A program made the translations under genes and the position numbers. This document shows positions 15,954-22,380 of a stretch of DNA of 64,000 nt, in pieces (within the stretch, counting starts at the first letter, position 1; each line of letters opens with the position of its first letter). The notes beneath the pieces were generated by a model. It made no database searches and was not told the origin of the DNA. It was given only the letters and a program-made list of their open reading frames with translations. The stretch spans positions 1 through 64,000 of the IMG/VR virus record IMGVR_UViG_3300027573_000779. The stretch is one strand, 5' to 3'.

Positions 15954-16045
15954 TGGCACGGAGTACAGGTAACGCTCCTGTATAACGGAATGATTACCGT
16001 ATGAGGGTTTGGAATCCTCTGCCTTACTTGTCGAGCCAACTCCGT
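15954..16045 (-). tRNA. tRNA with Trp anticodon (CCA) on a long-variable-arm (class II) body; A18, A54, G55, U58
   Basis: ACGGAGT/ACTCCGT acceptor, GAGGA-TTCCAAA-CCCTC anticodon arm, ACGG/CCGT variable arm, ACAGG-AGCGTTA-CCTGT T arm, GCCA. Confidence 0.85.
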
Positions 16046-16049
16046 GTTG

Positions 16050-16074
16050 GGGCGCACCATTGCAAGGTGCGCCC
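16050..16074. other. Perfect 9-bp GC-rich hairpin in the tRNA-Trp 5' leader
   Basis: GGGCGCACC-ATTGCAA-GGTGCGCCC. Confidence 0.6.
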
Positions 16075-16251
16075 TCAGCGCATCAGTTTTTAACTTAACT
16101 TATGATAAAAAGGTCTATAAAATACCTCTTATAGACAAGAGAACTATCAATTCACTCCCAATAGCAAGGATACCTTTTGAATGCCGAAAAAGGTTCTAAA
16201 CGTGTTGGATTTTTAATTTAAGGATAACGCACCCAACTAACCTAAATTAAC

Positions 16252-16497
16252 CTAAATTTTGGGTCTGCCGTAAACCGAAGGGCCTCCGGTGTCTTTTTGT
16301 TCAATTGCTAAAGACCCCTTGGAAACAAACTCTACTTGTTGTTCGTCAAAGAATTCAGCGCGAGCTAAAGTCCCGTCTTTTGCTAGTTTTTGTGGGGTAA
16401 TTCCAATATGAACACACCCATTAAGGTATTCTGTCCGACTGGAAAACACGCCCTTGAACCCGCTGATTTTATCCTTAACAATGTCACCTAGTTTCAT
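16252..16497 (-). CDS. Conserved-type phage hypothetical protein (start revised to MKLGDIVKD)
   Basis: KLGDIVKDKISGFKGV...RTEYLNGCV pattern; the longer upstream extension is low-complexity. Confidence 0.65.
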   Translation of the reverse strand: MKLGDIVKDKISGFKGVFSSRTEYLNGCVHIGITPQKLAKDGTLARAEFFDEQQVEFVSKGSLAIEQKDTGGPSVYGRPKI

Positions 16498-16625
16498 TTT
16501 GTTATTTGTTTTGTTTTTTTGTTTTGTCTGAAATTTACCCCAAAACACACCCTTAAAGCCCCGCATTTTCATTTGTTAGTTGTTTTTGCTCAAATTCGCC
16601 CCAAAAAAGCATAACAAGCCTTTTT

Positions 16626-16826
16626 GGGGGAAGACTCCTATTTACCTTACTCAACCCCTACTTCCGGCTCAGGGTCTTTCATCCGCCCTTCCCTGCTAGT
16701 CTTTCTATGTACGGGCAGAACACTAAGTATTTTAGTGAACTGTTGCGATACATCGCCTCACGGCTCGCTCCATCGTCATCCTACTCACACTCGGTAGAAG
16801 TATTTTCGTCGGATACTAGCAACCTC
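16626..16826 (-). ncRNA. Unnamed ~200-nt structured RNA with possible pseudoknot
   Basis: TGCTAGT/ACTAGCA, TTCTAC/GTAGGA, GCC-GTGA-GGC, CACTAA/TTAGTG, TCTGCCC/GGGCGGA, GGGAAG/CTTCCC; no ORF. Confidence 0.6.
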
Positions 16827-16835
16827 AATAGGATA

Positions 16836-17063
16836 TCAAACTTGTTTGTTTAAATTTTTAATAATAGCTCGAACAAGTCTAGGTTCCGCACGAACATATT
16901 GACAAGCCAAACATTCACAGGTCCAATCTTTTTTCTTGTGAAAAGCGTCAATAACATGCATTGTGCCAAGTACGTCTAAACCTACGTTACGAACTTTAGA
17001 TAAAGCTAGTTCTTCTTGTTGTTCTGGTGTCATAAAAAATGGAGCCAAAGATAGGATTTGCAC
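16836..17063 (-). CDS. Hypothetical protein
   Basis: ORF track; CECLAC motif; start may be at the internal MTPEQ. Confidence 0.55.
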   Translation of the reverse strand: MQILSLAPFFMTPEQQEELALSKVRNVGLDVLGTMHVIDAFHKKKDWTCECLACQYVRAEPRLVRAIIKNLNKQV

Positions 17064-17123
17064 CTACAAATGAGAATTCACAAAATTCTTCCTGTTCTAG
17101 TTGAGGCACTTCGGCAATAAAAC

Positions 17124-17199
17124 TGGAACGGTAGACAAGATTCGCACTTGCGTAAAGGTTGGTTGGAAGCCAACTGCCTGACTTCTAGGCTACTACCGC
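17124..17199 (-). tRNA. tRNA-Gly(UCC) with A18 and G55
   Basis: GCGGTAG/CTACCGT acceptor, GTTGG-CTTCCAA-CCAAC anticodon arm, T loop TGCGAAT, U73-CCA. Confidence 0.92.
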
Positions 17200-17215
17200 A
17201 TTGAAAATTCAAAAA

Positions 17216-17299
17216 GGGGTCAGGATACCAATCTGCCTTATTTCATTCGACAGTGACCCTCAAGCTTTCTAAAGGGTCTTCCAACCGGAACCCTGACCC
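17216..17299 (-). ncRNA. Three-way-junction RNA, copy A
   Basis: GGGTCAGG/CCTGACCC; GACCC-TTTAGAAAGCTTGA-GGGTC; CTGTC-GAATGAAATAA-GGCAG. Confidence 0.7.
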
Positions 17300-17301
17300 G
17301 A

Positions 17302-17375
17302 AAAGGACATTAACTGTCTTATTTCATTCAACAGCACCCCTCAGTTTCCAAAGGGGTTCGTTACGAATGTCCTTT
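17302..17375 (-). ncRNA. Three-way-junction RNA, copy B
   Basis: AAAGGACAT/ATGTCCTTT; ACCCC-TTTGGAAACTGA-GGGGT; CTGTT-GAATGAAATAA-GACAG. Confidence 0.7.
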
Positions 17376-17499
17376 AAAATTGAAGAGGGGCAACCTAACG
17401 TCATCAGATAACCCCAATCACTAACGTTGCGTTAATGAGAAGTAAATTAAAACAACCTTGGGATTTCACGAGCGTTCCAATGTCTATCCAAGGTTTACT

Positions 17500-18287
17500 A
17501 AGTCTGAGACTACAACTTAGATTACTAGTCTTTCCGAAGATTATCAAGGCTTTGCGAGCCTCTTTCCTCCGTTATCCTCATAAACCCTTTAATGGCATCT
17601 ATGAACCTAGCATGGCTGCATTTTTACAGGTTGCATTTCCTGCTACCCATCACTCTACTCGATGTTCACTTTCTGTCTAGCTTGCGGCCAGTTAAGGATT
17701 ATTAGTCCAACATGCAGCGAAACAATCAACTAAATCACCCCTTGCGAGGGCAATCCAGTCTCCATTACCTTGCGGCAGGAGAATTAAGCCACTTTCGAGT
17801 GACAGAGGAAACGTCTTTGCTTTTTATATCATAGAACGATATGTTGGGATTACACCAACGCATCTAACAGCGACGTGCGTTTCCTGTCGTTTCATATCCT
17901 TTTGGGATACAAAATGCGACACGCCGCTTGCCTTTCATCTTGCAGACTACTCAACCAGATTACTCGACTTTGGATAACTTTTTAAGGGTTATCCATTACC
18001 GTTTAACCTTGCTATTAAGCCCTTGCTTGCATGGCTTGAACTTAATAACTCCTCTTTGTCCTTAGCTGTCGCTGTTTGGCATGATAATATATTAGATTGC
18101 GAGTCTAATACCCCTACTCACCGATTGGCTCTGTAGGTTTAACTATCCAGCTTCCAGTTACCTCACGTTATCGTAAGGTCTCAGGACTGAGTTTGCCTGA
18201 ATATCCCTTTGGAAAGGGCGCGAGGTTAGTTAGCACCTTCGCCTTTCGCCGTCTTGCGACGGGTTATTTAACGTGGTCAGGCCCACA
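17500..18287 (-). ncRNA. GOLLD-like giant ornate ncRNA (~790 nt)
   Basis: ORF-free, many GNRA-capped hairpins (GTC-GCAA-GAC, CCCTC-GCAA-GGGG, CACTC-GAAA-GTG), 5' loop GCCTGA complementary to TCAGGC, 3' GAGTAG...GATAATC...GAAAGACTAG...GTAGTCTCAG as recalled for GOLLD; located within a tRNA cluster. Confidence 0.7.
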
Positions 18288-18305
18288 AAATCTACAAATT
18301 AAAAT

Positions 18306-18410
18306 ACCTAAGTTCAGGTCGCTCAATATACGGTATGACCGATTGAAACAGTTAGCTATGCTGCTCCAAGTTGCCGGAATGACCCGATTTTATGCCCTCA
18401 ACGCTTAGGT
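18306..18410 (-). ncRNA. Closed ~105-nt structured domain directly 3' of tRNA-Leu
   Basis: ACCTAAG/CTTAGGT closing stem, TTCCGG-CAAC-TTGGAG hairpin; starts 3 nt after the CCA. Confidence 0.4.
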
Positions 18411-18413
18411 AAA

Positions 18414-18490
18414 TGGTCCCTCTGGCCGTGGTTGCAACGGCACTGTCAAGCTTTTAAGGCTCGCGTCTCCTGCTCTTGGACTACAGAGGG
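18414..18490 (-). tRNA. tRNA-Leu(UAA) lacking the long variable arm; A18, G55
   Basis: CCCTCTG/CAGAGGG acceptor, CGAGC-CTTAAAA-GCTTG anticodon arm, 5-nt variable loop, GCCGT-TGCAACC-ACGGC T arm, ACCA. Confidence 0.87.
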
Positions 18491-18495
18491 TAAAA

Positions 18496-18570
18496 TGGTG
18501 CGGAAAGGGAGAAGTCGCACTCCCACCTTAAACTTGGCAAGTTCACGTTCTACTACTAAACTACTTCCGC
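18496..18570 (-). tRNA. tRNA-Gly(GCC) with A18, G55, an 8-nt T loop and A73
   Basis: GCGGAAG/TTTCCGC acceptor, TGAAC-TTGCCAA-GTTTA anticodon arm, GGGAG-TGCGACTT-CTCCC T arm. Confidence 0.87.
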
Positions 18571-19100
18571 ATTTTTAAGGCTTGTCTCGCATTTTTAATC
18601 TCTTCTTCAAAATTTTTAATCTCTTCTTCTAAATCCTCAAACTCTTGATGTGCTAAGATATGACATTTCCTGCAAAGAGTCTTTAAATCTTTAACGGTTG
18701 TATCGTAAAGGTTCCTATAAACCAAATGGTGGGGTTCAACCCTAGAAGGAGACCCGCATTTTTCACAAACCGGATTGAGCTTTAACTTCTCTCTTCTCAA
18801 AGCGAACCAATGTTCCGATTTCAGATACTCGGTTCTATAGTATTCCCTTTTATCATTAACGGGATGTTCCCCACGGATTGGGGTATCGTGATAAACGCCC
18901 AGTGAGCGAGGAATCTTAAACTTAGATTTCAGCCTTCTGTTTATCTTCTTGTTGAAGATTCTCATCCCTTCCCAATCAAACCCTCTCTTCTTTTTTCGTT
19001 TTATAACGCCTTTAGGTAACATAAAGTAATGGGATTTTTTCCCTACCTCCGTTGGTAGCACCAATGTCTCCATTGATACCGGCGTCTCCGAACTTCCCAC
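18561..19100 (-). CDS. HNH endonuclease (true start likely MLPKG at ~19022)
   Basis: CEKCG...EPHHLVY...DLKTLCRKCHILAH. Confidence 0.85.
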   Translation of the reverse strand: MGSSETPVSMETLVLPTEVGKKSHYFMLPKGVIKRKKKRGFDWEGMRIFNKKINRRLKSKFKIPRSLGVYHDTPIRGEHPVNDKREYYRTEYLKSEHWFALRREKLKLNPVCEKCGSPSRVEPHHLVYRNLYDTTVKDLKTLCRKCHILAHQEFEDLEEEIKNFEEEIKNARQALKMRK

Positions 19101-19170
19101 GGCCCGCCTCTACGGTAAGCTTGATTTTCGGCTCAAACTTCTTCCAAAGCCATCCATTCTTACTTTTCCT

Positions 19171-19198
19171 ATGCTATCAAAACTTTTTCAAATGTCAA
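19171..19198 (-). promoter_or_regulatory. Sigma70-type promoter TTGACA-N16-TAGCAT for the HNH/tRNA/GOLLD unit
   Basis: TTGACAtttgaaaaagttttgaTAGCAT, just downstream of a terminator. Confidence 0.6.
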
Positions 19199-19210
19199 CA
19201 CCCTAAAAAT

Positions 19211-19245
19211 TAAAAACCCACTCTTTTGAGGGAGTGGGTCTTTTT
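19211..19245 (-). terminator. Intrinsic terminator (possibly bidirectional)
   Basis: ACCCACTC/GAGTGGGT stem flanked by T tracts on both strands. Confidence 0.75.
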
Positions 19246-19259
19246 CTCACGCAATCTGT

Positions 19260-19370
19260 CTATCTACCCCACCCCCACATACGACTTTCAGTTCTCGGAT
19301 AGACAAAATTATGGAGTAACCCACCTGTTTGGGCCTGCTTGCTTCTCCACATCTTATGAAACACACTCAT
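19260..19370 (-). CDS. 36-aa peptide absent from the ORF track (MSVFHKMWRSKQAQTGGLLHNFVYPRTESRMWGWGR)
   Basis: Manual translation; preceded by GTGTAA (19382-19387) and followed by the terminator. Confidence 0.4.
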   Translation of the reverse strand: MSVFHKMWRSKQAQTGGLLHNFVYPRTESRMWGWGR

Positions 19371-19413
19371 TCTTCTATATCTTACACAAAATTTATAAAA
19401 TTTCTACAAAAAA

Positions 19414-19911
19414 TTACAATTCTTTGCCATCCAACCCCACAAGAGTTGAAACCCTCTTCCAACCATACGTTTTCATCTGTTCTTCATTCATGGTGTCAAG
19501 GCTGGCTTCGGGACTAATCACAAAAATGGAAATATTCTTCTCTCGTATGGTTTTTAGATATTTTTTGACAATAATTTCAAGAGAATAAGCTGATTGTTGA
19601 GCGTATTGAGGGTCGATTCTAAGAACGACCAAGCTGTTAGGTTCAATCTCATCTATCTTGATTATCTTATCTAACTTTAGACCAATTTCAACGTCTGTCT
19701 CTTGTTTAAGCCAACGAATAAATTTATCTTGAACATCCTGTGAGACCCCTTGCCCCTTCATTAATTCTTCGACAGAAGCATATCTTCTCCCGGTAGGTTT
19801 AATTTCTTCTGGATTTTTTAAAGGATGATTATCGTTCAGAGGATTTTCACATCCTACATCGTCATCTTCTGTTGTTCGGCCCATATAAATTCTTTCTTTA
19901 TTATGCTGCAA
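19414..19911 (-). CDS. Hypothetical protein
   Basis: ORF track; follows the PurA-like gene. Confidence 0.6.
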   Translation of the reverse strand: MQHNKERIYMGRTTEDDDVGCENPLNDNHPLKNPEEIKPTGRRYASVEELMKGQGVSQDVQDKFIRWLKQETDVEIGLKLDKIIKIDEIEPNSLVVLRIDPQYAQQSAYSLEIIVKKYLKTIREKNISIFVISPEASLDTMNEEQMKTYGWKRVSTLVGLDGKEL

Positions 19912-21241
19912 CCATCTCTTTTTTCAAGTTTAAAAAAGACATCTTATCGTTTGCCATTTCCCCATAAGATTTAATACCTATAGGGACATTTAACATATCA
20001 GTAAGAATATTAGGAATTGCTTCCCCTTCTACTTTTTCCGATTCACAATTAACTTTACCGAGAGTTTTACCTAGTTCTTCCTGATTAACTAAAAATGACA
20101 TATGGGGTTTTTTAAGTTCCCAAAGTTTTCCATTTAAATTATAGCCAGTGTTAATATACCATGGATTGATTTCATTAATTCTATCACAATGAGAAACCGC
20201 CAAATAATCTACCCCACCGTTAACTTCTAGGGCATATTTTAAAAGGGGAATATCTAACATGCCCGTTCTAAATCTTCCTTGCCATGGACCAGTTGTATTA
20301 GCTGTGTCTTGTAAATTCCAAGGCATTTCAGTTGGAAAAGGTCCTGCGCCGTGTCTGGTGGCATAAATTCTAGTTACACCAATCTCAACAATGTTAGATT
20401 CTAATAACCCCAAGCCAGCTTCATTTAAAACCTTATATACGTTTTCTGTGGTTGTATTACTCCAAGTTGTGTGGGGGTGAAAACCCCATTTTTCATCTAG
20501 TAATATGCCTTGAGCGCCCTCAAAAACAGGATTATTGGAACCTTTTAGCAATTCTGAAACCTGTTGAGCGTCTATGATGTTAATTTTTTTGCTTAATTCC
20601 TGATATTCTTTAGCTATACGGTCAGTAAAACGCAAATCTCTGAAAAACTTAGCATGAGAACCTATAAAATTATAGAAATCAACCCCTTCCCTGTCTAGGC
20701 GCGAAATCATCGCCCTAAAGGTAAGCCAAAGCTTTTCATGGGTAATATCATAATTCTTAAGGTCTTTAACCCGTAAAACATTATCTCTCTTTAAACTGTC
20801 TAAAACTGTTTCTCCAATCCCCACTCCACACGAGCCATGACGATTATTGTTTCTACTCTCTTCTAACATCCTGTTAGCCGCAACATGAAATGGGGTAGTA
20901 ACCAAAGCTCGTTCATCTACATAAATTGATTCAAAGTTTCCCCCTTTGCGCCAAGTATTTGCACTTAAAACCTCTTCTTCTTTTATTAAGGATAAGGGGT
21001 TAAATAAAACGTGCTTAGTGAGTAATGTTTTAACGTTCCGATTGACTAAAGTTCCACTGCCAAACTGAGCAAAAACGTGAGAGTCGCCACTTGAAGTAAC
21101 AACTCTGTGGGCACATTGAGCGCCGCCATTATATCTGATAACTAAATCAGAATTGTTTTGACGGACAAGAAAGTCAACAACACTTCCTTTTGTTTCGTCG
21201 CCGTGTTGCAGACCCACAACTATGAAAACATTTTTGTCCAT
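19901..21241 (-). CDS. Divergent adenylosuccinate synthetase-like protein (start revised to MDKNV)
   Basis: GDETKG, RYNGGAQCAH, FEGAQGILLD, TRHGAGPFPTE, GRFRTG. Confidence 0.9.
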   Translation of the reverse strand: MDKNVFIVVGLQHGDETKGSVVDFLVRQNNSDLVIRYNGGAQCAHRVVTSSGDSHVFAQFGSGTLVNRNVKTLLTKHVLFNPLSLIKEEEVLSANTWRKGGNFESIYVDERALVTTPFHVAANRMLEESRNNNRHGSCGVGIGETVLDSLKRDNVLRVKDLKNYDITHEKLWLTFRAMISRLDREGVDFYNFIGSHAKFFRDLRFTDRIAKEYQELSKKINIIDAQQVSELLKGSNNPVFEGAQGILLDEKWGFHPHTTWSNTTTENVYKVLNEAGLGLLESNIVEIGVTRIYATRHGAGPFPTEMPWNLQDTANTTGPWQGRFRTGMLDIPLLKYALEVNGGVDYLAVSHCDRINEINPWYINTGYNLNGKLWELKKPHMSFLVNQEELGKTLGKVNCESEKVEGEAIPNILTDMLNVPIGIKSYGEMANDKMSFLNLKKEMVAA

Positions 21242-21310
21242 AAATTTGAAAAAAAGGGAGAGGAAAGGCAACCATAACCATTCCTCTCCCGGTGTGCGAA
21301 CCCGAACCAA

Positions 21311-22318
21311 CTAGACTAACTCTACGGAAGAAGCTTTTTTGGATTTCTCCAGTTTACCTTTTACTGTAGCAGTTTTAACAACTGCCGACGAAGGTTTATA
21401 GGCCGAAAGAGCCATACTCGCTCTGTTAATTGCGTCTTTGTCAGCACCAACATCAGCAAGGTCTTTCTTAATGTCATTGATATCATAACCTTCCTCCAAA
21501 CCAATTGTAGAAACAATCAGTTCCACAATATCTTCTGGATTTTTAAGGCGCAAAAGTCTTTGACCAAACATTTTTTTCAAAGGGTCAATAACATTTGAAT
21601 CATTGGTATGTGACGTTTCTGCTGGTATAATCCAGAAAACCTCAAATTTATCACAAAGAGCCTCAAACACTTCGTTTGTTTCAAGATTCTCTTGAAGAGT
21701 GTCACCAATCAGCGTCTTAACTTGCTTCTTATCAACCTGTTCTCTTGGCAATTCGTCGCCAGCAAAGAACAAATATCCCTTCTTGCCGCGCTTATTCACA
21801 CTGTCCAAATCAGTATGATTAGCCATAAAATACATGGCTAGCTCTGCGGATTCATAAATATGCGCACCGCCGCCCCCTTCAAGGTGAATGTGAGCTAGTA
21901 TGTCTGTGTTTTCGCTTCCTGCTTCAAATTGGCCAATTTGGAGAGGAATACTATCGCAAGTTGCGTCTCCATAAGCGCCAAAAAGAATATGAGGGTCAGC
22001 AACATACCCTTTTTTGGTAAGACTGGCCATGAGGTTGTTTAATTTTCCCACAAATTGACGGGGAACACTTGACATTGAGCCGGTTACATCAAAAATAACA
22101 GCAATTGGGAGACTGTTTGGATGAGCGTCACTGTCAAATGACTCACGAATGTTTTTCCCTACCTTGTTAACTTTTGAGGGGTTAAGAAGGTCATGAACCT
22201 TCGAATCAACCGCACCAGAAGCAATATCTGCCGAATATTTAAAATAGTCAGCGCCAGTCCTGCGACAGGTGTCTAAACGGTCAGTATGATAACTATAATC
22301 GTAACTTGAGCTTCCCAT
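21311..22318 (-). CDS. vWA-domain protein
   Basis: IAVIFDVTGSM MIDAS-like motif, EGGGG...YESAEL, FFAGDE. Confidence 0.8.
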   Translation of the reverse strand: MGSSSYDYSYHTDRLDTCRRTGADYFKYSADIASGAVDSKVHDLLNPSKVNKVGKNIRESFDSDAHPNSLPIAVIFDVTGSMSSVPRQFVGKLNNLMASLTKKGYVADPHILFGAYGDATCDSIPLQIGQFEAGSENTDILAHIHLEGGGGAHIYESAELAMYFMANHTDLDSVNKRGKKGYLFFAGDELPREQVDKKQVKTLIGDTLQENLETNEVFEALCDKFEVFWIIPAETSHTNDSNVIDPLKKMFGQRLLRLKNPEDIVELIVSTIGLEEGYDINDIKKDLADVGADKDAINRASMALSAYKPSSAVVKTATVKGKLEKSKKASSVELV

Positions 22319-22352
22319 AAATGTTTTGGTTTGTGAATTATCGTCAATCCCA

Positions 22353-22380
22353 ATCCTACCAAGACTTTTTTAAATGTCAA
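22353..22380 (-). promoter_or_regulatory. Sigma70-type promoter TTGACA-N16-TAGGAT
   Basis: TTGACAtttaaaaaagtcttggTAGGAT upstream of vWA; spacer nearly identical to the one at 5733. Confidence 0.65.

Noticed and set aside
17435-18408. ORFs 17435-17680 and 18193-18408 (+)
   Set aside because: Antisense shadows of the GOLLD-like RNA with no protein-like features.
18255-18410. Pistol ribozyme (CCACGTTAAATA and CCTAAGCGTTGA resemble pistol segments)
   Set aside because: The segments are in the wrong order, and the GCCTGA loop pairs with TCAGGC lacking the following GCG; better explained as the GOLLD-like 5' region.
12821-18410. Theta (HDV-like) ribozymes at tRNA 3' ends
   Set aside because: The trailers after the Gln and Leu CCA ends do not start with G1 or show the nested double-pseudoknot pattern by eye.
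19901-21241. PurZ / Z-genome (diaminopurine) system
   Set aside because: The Asp13-equivalent is retained (GDETKG) whereas PurZ has Ser; no DatZ or MazZ genes were recognised nearby.
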